DNA of 64,000 nucleotides from Escherichia coli (GTDB lineage Bacteria; Pseudomonadota; Gammaproteobacteria; Enterobacterales; Enterobacteriaceae): NCBI RefSeq assembly GCF_003334405.1, contig NZ_QOWM01000002.1; one strand, 5' to 3'. Shown piece by piece: positions 1 to 11,239 of this stretch (position 1 is its first letter; each line of letters starts with the position of its first letter). The notes under the pieces were generated by a model. It saw only the letters and a program-made list of their open reading frames with translations, ran no database searches and was not told where the DNA came from. The position numbers and the translations under genes were made by a program.

Positions 1-108
1 GTAGCGCGGTGGTCCCACCTGACCCCATGCCGAACTCAGAAGTGAAACGCCGTAGCGCCGATGGTAGTGTGGGGTCTCCCCATGCGAGAGTAGGGAACTG
101 CCAGGCAT
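1..108 (+). rRNA. rrfD: 5S ribosomal RNA, 3' 108 nt (5' end cut by window edge)
   Basis: Sequence matches the canonical E. coli 5S rRNA from GTAGCGCGGTGGTCCCACCTGACCCC to CTGCCAGGCAT; a full second copy lies at 234-353. Confidence 0.9.
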
Positions 109-120
109 CAAATTTAGCGT

Positions 121-196
121 GCTGATATGGCTCAGTTGGTAGAGCGCACCCTTGGTAAGGGTGAGGTCCCCAGTTCGACTCTGGGTATCAGCACCA
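121..196 (+). tRNA. thrV: tRNA-Thr (anticodon GGU)
   Basis: 76-nt cloverleaf sequence GCTGATATGGCTCAGTTGGTAGAGC...GGGTATCAGCACCA with anticodon loop CTTGGTAAG; sits between the two 5S genes. Confidence 0.92.
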
Positions 197-233
197 CTTT
201 TTAGGTTAAAGTTCGGCAGATTAGAAAAGAATT

Positions 234-353
234 TGTCTGGCGGCAGTAGCGCGGTGGTCCCACCTGACCCCATGCCGAACTCAGAAGTGAAACGCCGTAG
301 CGCCGATGGTAGTGTGGGGTCTCCCCATGCGAGAGTAGGGAACTGCCAGGCAT
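234..353 (+). rRNA. rrfF: 5S ribosomal RNA, second tandem copy
   Basis: 120-nt sequence TGTCTGGCGGCAGTAGCGCGGTGG...CTGCCAGGCAT, near-identical to the copy at 1-108. Confidence 0.93.
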
Positions 354-360
354 CAAATAA

Positions 361-402
361 AACGAAAGGCTCAGTCGGAAGACTGGGCCTTTCGTTTTAT
401 CT
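361..402 (+). terminator. rrn operon rho-independent terminator
   Basis: GC hairpin AAAGGCTCAGTCGGAAGACTGGGCCTTT followed by a T-run immediately after the 5S gene. Confidence 0.6.
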
Positions 403-532
403 GTTGTTTGTCGGTGAACGCTCTCCTGAGTAGGACAAATCCGCCGGGAGCGGATTTGAACGTTGCGAAGCAACGGCCCGGAGGGTGGCGGGCAGGACGC
501 CCGCCATAAACTGCCAGACATCAAATCAAGCG

Positions 533-568
533 AAAGGCCATCCGAAAGGATGGCCTTTTTGCTTTTCG
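533..568. terminator. Bidirectional terminator between rrn operon and convergent yhdZ
   Basis: Hairpin AAAGGCCATCCGAAAGGATGGCCTTTTTGCTTTTCG with T-run; sits between the convergent rrn operon (+) and yhdZ (-). Confidence 0.55.
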
Positions 569-581
569 AACTAACATTCAA

Positions 582-1340
582 TTAATGGATTACCTGCGAT
601 AAAAATGCCCTCGTACGCTCTGATTTAGGATGCGCAAAAAATTCATCAGGTGCAGCTTGCTCCACTATTTCCCCACGATCCATAAAAATTACCCGGTCAG
701 CGACGGTTCGTGCAAACCCCATCTCATGTGTTACACACAACATTGTCATACCCGACTGCGCCAGCCCAATCATCGTATCCAGCACCTCTTTCACCATCTC
801 AGGATCGAGCGCCGACGTTGGCTCATCAAACAACATAATTTTCGGCTTCATACACAGCGAACGCGCAATGGCAACGCGTTGCTGCTGACCACCTGAAATC
901 TGTCCGGGAAACTTATGCGCATGTTCGGCAATTCTCACCCGCTCTAGGTAATGCACCGCCAGATCTTCAGCCTCTTTCTTAGGCATCTTGCGTACCCAAA
1001 TCGGTGCCAGGGTACAGTTCTGTAAAACGGTCAGATGAGGGAAGAGATTGAAATGCTGAAAGACCATTCCCACTTCCTGCCTGACGCGCTCAATATTGCG
1101 GATATCTTCATTAAGTTCGATGCCATCTACCACGATCCGTCCCTGTTGATGTTCTTCCAGATGATTAATACAACGAATGGTTGTCGATTTACCGGAACCT
1201 GAAGGGCCACACAGAACGATCCGTTCTCCCGGTTGCACGGTTAAATTTATATTTTTCAAAACATGGAATTGTCCATACCATTTATTGACGTTTTCCAGCG
1301 TAATCATCGCGTTAGCAGGTTGCAGTAAAATTTGGCTCAT
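582..1340 (-). CDS. yhdZ: Amino-acid ABC transporter, ATP-binding subunit
   Basis: 252-aa ORF with Walker [10 protein letters not shown] and ABC signature [15 protein letters not shown]. Confidence 0.93.
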   Translation of the reverse strand: MSQILLQPANAMITLENVNKWYGQFHVLKNINLTVQPGERIVLCGPSGSGKSTTIRCINHLEEHQQGRIVVDGIELNEDIRNIERVRQEVGMVFQHFNLFPHLTVLQNCTLAPIWVRKMPKKEAEDLAVHYLERVRIAEHAHKFPGQISGGQQQRVAIARSLCMKPKIMLFDEPTSALDPEMVKEVLDTMIGLAQSGMTMLCVTHEMGFARTVADRVIFMDRGEIVEQAAPDEFFAHPKSERTRAFLSQVIH

Positions 1341-1347
1341 AGTGTCC

Positions 1348-2454
1348 TCAATGCGGTGTACGCCCGGTGTTAAAACGTTTTTCCAGATACTGGCTATAGC
1401 GCGACATGCTGAAACAGAAGATCCAGTAGATCAGCGCGGCGAAAACATACCCTTCCGTCGACATACCCAACCAGGCGGGATCAACGGTTGCCTGCTGAAC
1501 GCTACTGAAAAGATCGAACAACCCGATAATGATCACCAGGCTGGTATCTTTGAAGAGTGCGATGATGGTATTTACCAGCCCAGGAATTACCAGCTTCAAC
1601 GCCTGTGGCAGAATAACCAGCCCCTGAGTTTTCCAGTAACCCAACGCCAGCGACTCTGCCGCTTCATATTGCCCTTTAGGCAGCGCCTGTAATCCACCTC
1701 GCACGACTTCCGCAACATATGCTGACTGAAACAGGATCACGCCAACCAGCGCGCGGATCAATTTGTCGATACTGGTGCCTTCTGCCATAAACAACGGCAG
1801 CATGACCGAAGACATAAACAGAACGGTAATCAGCGGCACGCCGCGCCAGAATTCGATAAAAATGACCGATAAGATACGCACAATCGGCATATGGGAGCGG
1901 CGACCTAACGCCAGTAAGATCCCCCACGGTAGCGCCCCCGCAATCCCAACTGATGCAATAATTAAAGTTAGCGTCAGCCCGCCCCATTGCCGGGTTTCAA
2001 CCCGCTCAAGAGCAAAAAAACCGCCATACATCAGCCACCAGACAATCAGTGGGTAAATCACCGCCCAGGCCGCAATATAGCGACCGCGATGCGGGAGTAT
2101 TTTCCAGAACATTGGTGCGATCGACACAAGCCCAATCAGTAATGCGAGGTTAATTCGCCAGCGTTGGTCGTGTGGGTAAAGCCCATACATAAACTGACCA
2201 AATCGTTCGTGGATGAAGACCCAACAGGCACCGGCTTTTGTGCAGTCGGCACGCGTTGAGCCAACCCAGTTAGCCTGCAAAAATGCCCAGTTCAGCAACG
2301 GTGGGATCAGTTCCCACATCAACCATATGCAGCCAATAGTCAGCAGGCTATTGCTCCAGCTGGAGAACAGATTTTTTCGCACCCACACCATCGCGCGGCT
2401 TGAGTTATGGCTCGCCGGGCGCGGGGGATGAGACAGCAATACTTTTGTCATCAT
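1348..2454 (-). CDS. yhdY: Amino-acid ABC transporter permease
   Basis: 368-aa hydrophobic multi-TM ORF in operon with yhdZ/yhdX/yhdW; start may be the second Met. Confidence 0.9.
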   Translation of the reverse strand: MMTKVLLSHPPRPASHNSSRAMVWVRKNLFSSWSNSLLTIGCIWLMWELIPPLLNWAFLQANWVGSTRADCTKAGACWVFIHERFGQFMYGLYPHDQRWRINLALLIGLVSIAPMFWKILPHRGRYIAAWAVIYPLIVWWLMYGGFFALERVETRQWGGLTLTLIIASVGIAGALPWGILLALGRRSHMPIVRILSVIFIEFWRGVPLITVLFMSSVMLPLFMAEGTSIDKLIRALVGVILFQSAYVAEVVRGGLQALPKGQYEAAESLALGYWKTQGLVILPQALKLVIPGLVNTIIALFKDTSLVIIIGLFDLFSSVQQATVDPAWLGMSTEGYVFAALIYWIFCFSMSRYSQYLEKRFNTGRTPH

Positions 2455-2460
2455 GACTCC

Positions 2461-3660
2461 TTAGCGTTCAACGATCGCGATGCGGCGGTTATAGATATTC
2501 ATCAGCAGCGAGATAGTCAGGCTGATAATCAGATAGACCGACATGGTCATGGCTATCGTCTCGATGGCTTGCCCCGTCTGATTCAGCACGGTGCCGGCAA
2601 ACAGCGAAACCATATCGGGATAGCCAATAGCGGCGGCAAGAGAGGAGTTTTTGACGATGTTGAGATACTGGCTGGTTAACGGTGGAATAATCACCCGCAA
2701 TGCCTGGGGAATAATGACCTGGCGTAGCGTAACCGGGTTGGGTAATCCCAGTGACCGAGCCGCTTCATGTTGACCATAAGGCACTGCCTGGATCCCAGCG
2801 CGGATAATCTCGGCGATAAATGCAGATGTATAAACCGAAAGTGCCAGCGTTAAGGCTGCCAGTTCAGGAATTAAAACCATCCCGCCGCGGAAGTTAAAGC
2901 CTCGTAGGGCTGGGACATCCCAGTGTAGTGCTGCGCCAAAAAGCCATTGCGCCAGTAAAGGCAAACCAATGATCAACACTGCGGCGATCGGCCAGGTGCG
3001 GCGCAGTTGTCCGGTCTTTATCTGGTATGTTTTATTAAAGCGGAATAGCCCAACAGAAAGGACTATAGCCATAACAACAGCCAGGATAAACGCAATAAAT
3101 CCGTCTCCCAGCTGCGGTGACGGAATATAAAGCCCACGATTGCTCAAAAAGGCCAGATCAAACGCGCTCACAGCCTGGCGTGGTCCGGGCAAATTGCGCA
3201 ACACGGCAAAGTACCAGAAGAAGATTTGCAGCAGCGGGGGAATATTACGGAAGATCTCAATATAAATTGTGGAAAGCTTTCGTAGCAGCCAGTTATCCGA
3301 AAGTCTCGCCAGACCGATAAAGAAGCCCAAAACAGAAGCGAACACAATACACAATGCAGAAACCAGTAGCGTATTGAGTAAGCCGACAATAAAAACGCGT
3401 CCGTAGGTGTCGCCCTGCTGGTAATCGATCAAATGCTGGACAATACCGAAGCCAGCGCCGCGATCCAGAAAGGCAAAACCTGAAGTAATGCCACGATTAT
3501 TGAGATTCGTTACAGTGTTGTGAAATAACCAACCAACAATGCCGACAACAGCAACAACGGCAAGGATCTGGAATAACCAGGCGCGAACCGTAGGGTTGGC
3601 AAAAGAGAGTGAGCCTTTAACGGTTGAGCGGCGATGAGACATAGAAACCTCGGAAAGCAT
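2461..3660 (-). CDS. yhdX: Amino-acid ABC transporter permease
   Basis: 399-aa multi-TM ORF; true start may be the internal Met (MSHRRSTVKG...) near 3642. Confidence 0.9.
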   Translation of the reverse strand: MLSEVSMSHRRSTVKGSLSFANPTVRAWLFQILAVVAVVGIVGWLFHNTVTNLNNRGITSGFAFLDRGAGFGIVQHLIDYQQGDTYGRVFIVGLLNTLLVSALCIVFASVLGFFIGLARLSDNWLLRKLSTIYIEIFRNIPPLLQIFFWYFAVLRNLPGPRQAVSAFDLAFLSNRGLYIPSPQLGDGFIAFILAVVMAIVLSVGLFRFNKTYQIKTGQLRRTWPIAAVLIIGLPLLAQWLFGAALHWDVPALRGFNFRGGMVLIPELAALTLALSVYTSAFIAEIIRAGIQAVPYGQHEAARSLGLPNPVTLRQVIIPQALRVIIPPLTSQYLNIVKNSSLAAAIGYPDMVSLFAGTVLNQTGQAIETIAMTMSVYLIISLTISLLMNIYNRRIAIVER

Positions 3661-3709
3661 AACGCTGAAGAGAGCGCCGCCGTAGCGACGCTCGTTACCT
3701 CACACCGAC

Positions 3710-4735
3710 TTAACGCACGGGCGGTGCGTACTGAATACCGCCGTTATTCCAGAGATTATTTTGCCCACGTTTAATTTTCAGCGGGCTTTCTGAACCTACG
3801 TTACGCTCAAAAATTTCCGAGTAGTTACCCACCTGTTTGATGATGTTATAGGCCCATTTATTATCCAGCTTCAGATCCTTGCCGTAATCGCCTTCTTTAC
3901 CCAGCAGATGTGCCATATCAGGCGTTGCTGGATTAGCCGCTTTTTCATCGACGTTCTGGGAATTGATGCCCATCTCTTCAGCATTCAGCATGGCGAAAAG
4001 CGTCCAGCGTACAATCGAGAACCATTCATCATCGCCACGACGAACTACCGGACCAAGCGGTTCTTTTGAGATAACTTCCGGTAAGACAATCCATTCAGCT
4101 GGGTTGCTTAATTTGATGCGCAGGGCATACAGTTGTGATTGATCCGAGGCCAGCGTATCGCAGCGACCAGATTCCAGTGCCTTCGCTGATTCGTCAGAGC
4201 GATCGAAAGTCACCGGTGTGTACTTCATATTGTTTGCCTTGAAGTAGTCGGCGACGTTGAGTTCGGTATCAGTACCCGCCTGAATACAGACGGTAGCGCC
4301 ATCCAGTTCTTTCGCGCTTTTTAGCCCCGCTTTATCGTGCGTCAGGAAGCCAATGCCGTCGTAATAAGTGACGCCGGTAAATGCCATTCCCATCCCGGCA
4401 TCGCGAGATGAAGTCCAGGTCGTATTACGGGAGAGCAAATCCACCTCCCCTGACTGTAAAGCGGTGAAGCGTTCTTTTGCAGTGAGCGGGGTATATTTCA
4501 CTTTCGTGTCGTCACCAAATACAGCAGCGGCAACACCACGACAAATATCAACATCAATACCTGAAAACTTACCGTCAGCATCGGCATAAGAGAACCCAGG
4601 TAATCCATCACTGATCCCGCATTGCACAAAACCTTTTTTCTGAACGGCATCAAGCGTCGCGCCAGCATGCGCCTGATTTGCAACGGCAAGCAGCACGCTG
4701 GCGGCAGCCAGTGTGGCTATCATCATCTTTTTCAT
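3710..4735 (-). CDS. yhdW: Periplasmic amino-acid-binding protein of ABC transporter
   Basis: 341-aa ORF with N-terminal signal peptide MKKMMIATLAAASVLLAVANQAHA; first gene of the transporter operon. Confidence 0.9.
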   Translation of the reverse strand: MKKMMIATLAAASVLLAVANQAHAGATLDAVQKKGFVQCGISDGLPGFSYADADGKFSGIDVDICRGVAAAVFGDDTKVKYTPLTAKERFTALQSGEVDLLSRNTTWTSSRDAGMGMAFTGVTYYDGIGFLTHDKAGLKSAKELDGATVCIQAGTDTELNVADYFKANNMKYTPVTFDRSDESAKALESGRCDTLASDQSQLYALRIKLSNPAEWIVLPEVISKEPLGPVVRRGDDEWFSIVRWTLFAMLNAEEMGINSQNVDEKAANPATPDMAHLLGKEGDYGKDLKLDNKWAYNIIKQVGNYSEIFERNVGSESPLKIKRGQNNLWNNGGIQYAPPVR

Positions 4736-5132
4736 AATGCTTCCTGTGAGGCGAAAATTATCGTTATAGGACGTTTGGGAAACGTCTTTTACCTGTCTGT
4801 GGCCATCCTCTTATAAGCAAAAGTAGTGCCAGCTTTTGCGCACGATTTCGCGTCGCAATAAGCTGAGTGTAGACAGGAAATAATAAAAACAGCGCCCCGC
4901 AATGGTGCGAAAATGAAACATGCGCCACATTTTGGCGCAAAATATTTACGCGTGTTTTACTAAGCAGAATAATGATTGTTAGCGTGAGTATATTTCTGGT
5001 GGGAAGTGTGAAAATTAAATTGATGCGTTATTTCGAAAGCAGCGAAATAACGCGATGTAACATGCTAAATCAGCAGGGAATTACCCAGCAGAATATAGCA
5101 ATATTTTATCTTATGGAGAGATACTGTATCGT

Positions 5133-5162
5133 TAAAAAGAGCGCGGAACTCCGCGCCCTGTT
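5133..5162 (-). terminator. Rho-independent terminator after yhdV
   Basis: Hairpin GCGCGGAACTCCGCGC flanked by an A-run on the + strand (T-run on the - strand) just past the yhdV stop. Confidence 0.5.
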
Positions 5163-5165
5163 CAG

Positions 5166-5387
5166 TTATTTCGATAGAGCGATGATCCCCATCGTCAGGC
5201 CAGCAACAGCAGCTGCCCCGCCGGCAATAGCCCCAGCCGTTTCCCAGTTATCCTGAGTCGTGCCTTTCATACAGGTATTGGTGTGAACCAGACGACCCTG
5301 ATCGTCATAAACCGGAACGCAGGGCGAATCGTGAGCACAGCCCGCCAGCAATGCGGTGAGCAATGCCACAGGAATTAATCTTTTCAT
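5166..5387 (-). CDS. yhdV: Small lipoprotein
   Basis: 73-aa ORF with signal peptide and lipobox LLAGC, Gly/Ala-rich C-terminus. Confidence 0.8.
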   Translation of the reverse strand: MKRLIPVALLTALLAGCAHDSPCVPVYDDQGRLVHTNTCMKGTTQDNWETAGAIAGGAAAVAGLTMGIIALSK

Positions 5388-5639
5388 GGTGTTACCTCAG
5401 TAATAAACGCTAACGCTTAATAAGTTAACTCTCTTATTAACGAGCTGAATGCCATTTTATCACCGGAGGTTATAAATCTTGCGGAATGAATAATGACAAA
5501 TTATGTGAATTGTAAAAATAGTGAAGGGAGCGGGAACTATAGAAAGCTTTTAAAGAGTGAGCAGAAGAATATCTTATTAATTTTTATGGGTTTCACTGGA
5601 AATAATAAAGGCACCCGAAAGCGCCTTTATGTTTCTGAT

Positions 5640-8600
5640 TTATCCTTTAAAGCAACGGCGGATCACCACAAAGAACACCGGTACGAAGAAGATTGCCAGC
5701 AACGTTGCAGAGACCATTCCTCCCATTACCCCGATACCCACAGCGTTCTGCGCGCCACTGCCGGCACCGTTACTGATAGCTAGCGGTAATACGCCGAGAA
5801 TAAAGGCGAGAGAGGTCATCAGGATAGGACGCAGACGCATACGTACTGCCATCAGTGTCGCTTCAACAACACCTTTACCCTCTTTCTCCATGAGATCTTT
5901 AGCGAACTCAACGATCAAAATAGCGTTTTTGGCCGACAAGCCAATTGTCGTTAGCAAGCCCACCATAAAGTAGACGTCATTTTTTTGATTAAAGAGTGCC
6001 GCCGCCAGCAGCACGCCGACAATCCCTAACGGCACTACCAACATAACCGAGACAGGAATTGACCAGCTTTCATAGAGTGCAGCAAGGCACAGGAAAACAA
6101 CCACAAAGGAAATTGCTACCAGAGCGGGAGCCTGGTTTCCCGATAAGCGTTCCTGATACGACATACCCGTCCAGTCATAACCAATGCCCGCAGGTAATTT
6201 TGACGCAAGGTTTTCCATCAACGCCATGGCATCGCCGGAACTGGTTCCTGGCGCGGCTTCCCCCTGAATCTCCATTGACGGCAGACCGTTGTAGCGTTCC
6301 AGTCGCGGAGAGCCATACACCCAATGTGAAGTGGTAAAGGCCGAGAATGGCACCATTTCGCCGTTGGCGCTGCGGACATAAAGTTTATCGACATCTTCTG
6401 GCAGCATACGGAATTTGGCATCCGCCTGAACATACAACTTTTTCACGCGACCACGGTCGATGAAGTCGTTAACGTAAGTCCCACCCAGCGCCGTTGAAAT
6501 GGTCTGATTGATGTCAGAAAGTGAAACACCTAATGCCTGCGCCTTTTCCTGGTCAACTTCCAGTTTAAACTGCGCGGTGTCTTCCAGGCCATTAGGGCGC
6601 ACGCTGACTAAGCTGGCAGGATGTTGCGCCGCCATACCAAGCAACTGGTTACGGGCCTGGGTTAGGGCATCGTGACCCAGCCCAGCCTGATCAATTAACT
6701 CAAAGTCGAAACCCGTTGCCGTGCCCAGTTCAACAATGGCTGGCATATTGAATGGAATGACAAAACCGTCGCGGATCTTGCCCAATTCCATTTTGGCACG
6801 ATGGATTACCGCTTCCGCACTGTTTTCGTCACCATTACGCTCTTCCCACGGTTTCAGACTGACGAAGGCCATACCGGCGTTTTGTGCCTGGCCGCTGAAG
6901 CTAAAGCCGTTAACCGTAAAGACACTTTCAACGTTCGCTTTCTCGTTCTTCAGATAGTAATCCGTAACTTGATCCAACACTTTTTGCGTCCGCTCTTGCG
7001 TCGCGCCAGCGGGTAACTGAATCATGGTCAGAAAGACACCCTGATCCTCTTCAGGTAAGAAGGAAGACGGAAGACGTAAAAACAACACCACCATTCCTGC
7101 AACAATCAGCGCATAGATCAGTAAATATCGTCCTGTGGATCCGAGGATTTTGCCGACGCTGTTGGTGTAGTGGTTAACGCTATGATCGAAGGTGGTATTA
7201 AACCAACCGAAGAAACCGCCCTTATTTTCGTGATGCTCAGCAGAGACGGGTTTAAGCAGCGTTGCACATAACGCAGGGGTAAGAATCAATGCCACCAGAA
7301 CAGAAAGCGCCATTGCCGAAACGATGGTGATAGAGAACTGGCGATAAATTGCCCCAGTAGAACCGCCGAAGAATGCCATCGGAATAAATACCGCTGACAG
7401 CACCATCGCGATACCCACCAGTGCGCCCTGAATTTGCGACATCGATTTTTCCGTCGCTTCTTTTGGCGGGAGCTTATCCTCCATCATCACGCGCTCGACG
7501 TTCTCCACCACCACTATCGCATCATCGACGAGCAGCCCGATGGCAAGCACCATCCCGAACATCGTTAGTGTGTTGATGGAGTAACCAAAAGCGGCGAGGA
7601 TGGCAAACGTCCCTAACAACACCACGGGTACCGCAATGGTGGGGATCAGCGTTGCTCGCATATTCTGCAAGAACAGATACATCACCAGGAACACCAGCAT
7701 AATGGCTTCGAACAGCGTTTTTACCACTTCGTGAATAGAAAGCTGGACGAATGGCGTGGTGTCATAAGGGTAGAGAACCTTCATTCCCTGCGGGAAGAAT
7801 GGCTGTAATTCCGCCAGTTTTGCCTTAATGGCTTTCGCGGTATCGAGAGCATTCGCGCCGGTTGCCAGCTTAATCCCCAGGCCCGCCGCCGGTTTTCCGT
7901 TGATACGAGCGATAACGTTATAGTTTTCACCGCCAAGTTCAACCCGTGCGACATCTTTCAGGCGTACCACCGAGCCGTCACTGTTTACGCGCAGGGTCAC
8001 TTTGCCGAATTCTTCCGGATTTTTAAACCGCGTCTGAGCAATAATCGAGGCGTTCAATTGTTGCCCTGGTAACGCTGGCGTTCCGCCCAACTGTCCGGCA
8101 GCGATCTGATCGTTCTGTACCTTCAACTGGTTAATCACATCAACCGGTGTCAGTTTATATTTGTTTAGCAGATCGGCATCCAGCCAGATACGCATCGCAT
8201 ACTGTGCGCCGAAAAGCTGTACGTCACCGACGCCATTCAGACGGCTAAGCGTATCTTTAACGTTAGAGGCCACATAGTCCGAGATATCGTCCTGTGTGGT
8301 GCCTGGGTTATCAGAGACAAAGCCCGCCACCATCAAATAGCTGCTACTGGACTTTTCAACACTGATCCCCTGCTGCTGAACCTCCTGCGGCAGCAACGGC
8401 GTGGCGAGCTGGAGTTTGTTCTGCACCTGCACTTGCGCGATATCAGGATCGGTCCCGGACTGGAAGGTAAGGGTAATTGTCACGCTACCGGCGGAATCGC
8501 TGGTGGAGGACATATACATCAGGTTATCGATACCGTTCATATTCTGTTCGATAACCTGCGTCACCGTATCCTGCACGGTCTGCGCATCAGCGCCCGGATA

Positions 8601-8744
8601 GTTTGCTGAAACAGAAACCGCAGGCGGTGCAATTGTTGGATACTGAGCGACGGGCAATTGTAGGATCGCCAGTGCGCCCGCCATCATCAGAATAATGGCC
8701 AGCACCCATGCAAATATCGGTCGTCGAATAAAAAAGTTTGCCAT
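5640..8744 (-). CDS. acrF: RND multidrug efflux pump, inner-membrane transporter
   Basis: 1034-aa ORF with RND architecture (12 TM segments, two large periplasmic loops); N-terminus [27 protein letters not shown]. Confidence 0.95.
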   Translation of the reverse strand: MANFFIRRPIFAWVLAIILMMAGALAILQLPVAQYPTIAPPAVSVSANYPGADAQTVQDTVTQVIEQNMNGIDNLMYMSSTSDSAGSVTITLTFQSGTDPDIAQVQVQNKLQLATPLLPQEVQQQGISVEKSSSSYLMVAGFVSDNPGTTQDDISDYVASNVKDTLSRLNGVGDVQLFGAQYAMRIWLDADLLNKYKLTPVDVINQLKVQNDQIAAGQLGGTPALPGQQLNASIIAQTRFKNPEEFGKVTLRVNSDGSVVRLKDVARVELGGENYNVIARINGKPAAGLGIKLATGANALDTAKAIKAKLAELQPFFPQGMKVLYPYDTTPFVQLSIHEVVKTLFEAIMLVFLVMYLFLQNMRATLIPTIAVPVVLLGTFAILAAFGYSINTLTMFGMVLAIGLLVDDAIVVVENVERVMMEDKLPPKEATEKSMSQIQGALVGIAMVLSAVFIPMAFFGGSTGAIYRQFSITIVSAMALSVLVALILTPALCATLLKPVSAEHHENKGGFFGWFNTTFDHSVNHYTNSVGKILGSTGRYLLIYALIVAGMVVLFLRLPSSFLPEEDQGVFLTMIQLPAGATQERTQKVLDQVTDYYLKNEKANVESVFTVNGFSFSGQAQNAGMAFVSLKPWEERNGDENSAEAVIHRAKMELGKIRDGFVIPFNMPAIVELGTATGFDFELIDQAGLGHDALTQARNQLLGMAAQHPASLVSVRPNGLEDTAQFKLEVDQEKAQALGVSLSDINQTISTALGGTYVNDFIDRGRVKKLYVQADAKFRMLPEDVDKLYVRSANGEMVPFSAFTTSHWVYGSPRLERYNGLPSMEIQGEAAPGTSSGDAMALMENLASKLPAGIGYDWTGMSYQERLSGNQAPALVAISFVVVFLCLAALYESWSIPVSVMLVVPLGIVGVLLAAALFNQKNDVYFMVGLLTTIGLSAKNAILIVEFAKDLMEKEGKGVVEATLMAVRMRLRPILMTSLAFILGVLPLAISNGAGSGAQNAVGIGVMGGMVSATLLAIFFVPVFFVVIRRCFKG

Positions 8745-8755
8745 GTCAGATTACC

Positions 8756-9913
8756 TTACTTCGATGCAGTATCTGCGGGGGTATCGGTAGTGGCTTTAAC
8801 CTGCTCTCCCGGACGCGCTTTTTGCAGGCCGCTGACAATGACTTGATCGCCAGATTTCAGTCCTTCACTAATCAACCATTTATCGCCAATCGCCTGACTG
8901 GCAACGACAGGGCGCGCTTCAACCTGACTTTTATCGTTAACAATCAGCACGGTTGCATCACCACGCGGTGTGCGGCTAACGCCTTGTTGCGGGATAAGAA
9001 TGGCGTCAGGTTGGACGCCTTCATCAATCCGTGCACGCACAAACATACCCGGCAAAAGCGTATGTTGCGGGTTAGGGAAGACAGCACGTAGGGTTATGGA
9101 GCCGGTGCTTTCATCAACGGTCACATCGGAGAATTGCAGCGTACCTTTCAGGGGATAGGTTTGACCGTTTTCCATGACCAACTCTACGTTGCTGGTGGCG
9201 TTTTCCTTATGCAAATTTCCTTGCTCTACGGATTGCTTCAGCCTCATAAAATCGTTGCTGGATTGGGTCACATCAACGTAGATAGGATCGAGCTGCTGGA
9301 CAGTCGCCAGTTCAGTCGTTTGCCCATTAGTGACAAGAGCGCCTTCGGTCACAGTCGATTTGCCGATACGTCCGCTAATTGGCGCAGTGACTTTGGTATA
9401 AGCAAGATTGATGCGAGCGCTTTCGACTGTGGCTTTTGCGGCAATCACGGCGGCATCGGCCTGACGAGCATCAGCAATGGCCTGGTCGTACTCCTGCTGG
9501 CTGATGTATTTCGTACCCACGAGCGGAACGTAACGTTTTACCGTCAAATGCGCGATGGCGGCGGCGGCTTCACTTTTCGCCAGTTCGCCTTTCGCGCTGT
9601 CATAATTTGCCTGATAGGTCGCGGGATCGATCTGGTACAGGGACTGGCCTGCTTGCACATCGCTGCCTTCAGTGAAATTGCGATTCAGTACGATCCCGCT
9701 AACCTGTGGGCGAACTTCGGCTATACGATAAGCATTGGTGCGGCCTGGTAATTCAGTCTTAACTTCTAACGGGGCCGTTTTTACAATATGAACGGTAACC
9801 TGCGGTTCACCGACGTGAGCTTTCTCTTCTCCCTTATCGTTACAACCGGCGATTAAAGCCGCGGAGATCAGAATAAAGGAGGGCAGGAGGAAAAACCTGG
9901 CATGTTTCGTCAT
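8756..9913 (-). CDS. acrE: RND efflux membrane-fusion (periplasmic adaptor) lipoprotein
   Basis: 385-aa ORF with lipobox LIAGC; immediately upstream of acrF on the same strand. Confidence 0.93.
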   Translation of the reverse strand: MTKHARFFLLPSFILISAALIAGCNDKGEEKAHVGEPQVTVHIVKTAPLEVKTELPGRTNAYRIAEVRPQVSGIVLNRNFTEGSDVQAGQSLYQIDPATYQANYDSAKGELAKSEAAAAIAHLTVKRYVPLVGTKYISQQEYDQAIADARQADAAVIAAKATVESARINLAYTKVTAPISGRIGKSTVTEGALVTNGQTTELATVQQLDPIYVDVTQSSNDFMRLKQSVEQGNLHKENATSNVELVMENGQTYPLKGTLQFSDVTVDESTGSITLRAVFPNPQHTLLPGMFVRARIDEGVQPDAILIPQQGVSRTPRGDATVLIVNDKSQVEARPVVASQAIGDKWLISEGLKSGDQVIVSGLQKARPGEQVKATTDTPADTASK

Positions 9914-10311
9914 TACTATTCCTCAAAAAACCAAAAGCGCGTTATTTACCAAAAAAGGCAACGCGTTAACTCGCAGAAAGAAAAATACAGTTCGCTATCC
10001 TACAAATTATCATTCGTCGATGTAAGGAATAGTTATGAATACAGGCATCTCAAGGCACATAAACACAAAAAAAGATTAATATTCTACTGTTTTATTTTGA
10101 CGCGGGTTGAAAGAGGTAGAATTAAAACCTCGTACATTGAAATATATATTGATGTAGTGAATGTATCTTAGGTAAATAATATATATTATTTATTTAACGA
10201 TTTATAGCAACTCAATATTAGCCTCTCGTATAAATACACATTAGGTGATAGATTAACCTTCGCTATTTTCTCACTCTGTGTCGAATATATTTATTTCCTG
10301 AATAATTAATC

Positions 10312-10974
10312 ATGGCAAAAAGAACCAAAGCCGAAGCTCTGAAGACCCGGCAAGAACTGATTGAAACTGCCATCGCCCAGTTTGCGCAGCATGGCGTAAG
10401 CAAGACGACGCTCAACGACATTGCCGACGCCGCTAACGTTACGCGTGGCGCTATCTACTGGCACTTCGAAAACAAGACTCAACTGTTTAATGAGATGTGG
10501 TTGCAACAGCCTTCATTGCGGGAGTTAATCCAGGAACACTTGACGGCTGGATTAGAGCATGACCCGTTTCAACAATTGCGTGAAAAATTGATTGTCGGCT
10601 TGCAATATATTGCCAAAATTCCCCGCCAGCAGGCGTTGCTGAAAATCTTATATCACAAATGTGAATTTAATGATGAGATGCTGGCCGAGGGAGTGATACG
10701 CGAAAAGATGGGCTTTAATCCGCAGACTCTCCGCGAAGTATTGCAGGCGTGTCAGCAACAAGGTTGTGTAGCAAATAACCTCGATTTAGATGTTGTGATG
10801 ATTATTATTGATGGTGCCTTCAGCGGAATTGTTCAAAACTGGTTAATGAATATGGCGGGTTATGATCTTTATAAACAAGCCCCCGCTCTGGTCGATAACG
10901 TATTAAGAATGTTCATGCCAGATGAAAACATAACGAAATTAATTCATCAAACGAATGAATTAAGTGTCATGTAA
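10312..10974 (+). CDS. acrS: TetR-family repressor of acrEF
   Basis: 220-aa ORF with N-terminal TetR HTH (TRQELIETAIAQFAQHGVSKTTLNDIADAANVTRGAIYWHF); divergent from acrEF. Confidence 0.9.
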   Translation: MAKRTKAEALKTRQELIETAIAQFAQHGVSKTTLNDIADAANVTRGAIYWHFENKTQLFNEMWLQQPSLRELIQEHLTAGLEHDPFQQLREKLIVGLQYIAKIPRQQALLKILYHKCEFNDEMLAEGVIREKMGFNPQTLREVLQACQQQGCVANNLDLDVVMIIIDGAFSGIVQNWLMNMAGYDLYKQAPALVDNVLRMFMPDENITKLIHQTNELSVM

Positions 10975-10976
10975 AT

Positions 10977-11183
10977 TCACATTCTGTCCTGAAAATTCAG
11001 TTCGTCACAGTTAACCAGTTTTAGTGGATTAACTGAGTTCATATTGCGGCATTTGTCTGTTTCTGTTGCCAGCAGTTCAATCCACTGCATCAGTAAAGTA
11101 TCAAACAGAAAAACGAAGACAGCGAAAACGACGAGCCACCAATACTTGCGAATCATTACCTGAGCCTGTGCATGTTTAACCAA
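10977..11183 (-). CDS. yhdU: Small membrane protein
   Basis: Short ORF with one hydrophobic helix (YWWLVVFAVFVFLF); true start probably the internal Met near 11153. Confidence 0.6.
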   Translation of the reverse strand: MVKHAQAQVMIRKYWWLVVFAVFVFLFDTLLMQWIELLATETDKCRNMNSVNPLKLVNCDELNFQDRM

Positions 11184-11239
11184 GTCTGGCAGGAAATATA
11201 CACGAAATGAATAATCTGAAAACCAGGCTTACACATCCT

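Noticed and set aside
152-581. 93-aa (+) and 126-aa (-) ORFs
   Set aside because: They span the tRNA-Thr, the second 5S rRNA gene and the rrn terminator hairpins, so these are structured RNA sequences and not protein-coding.
5493-5973. 96-aa and 114-aa ORFs on the + strand near the acrF 3' end
   Set aside because: Largely antisense to acrF or within the short yhdV-acrF intergenic region; no conserved features.
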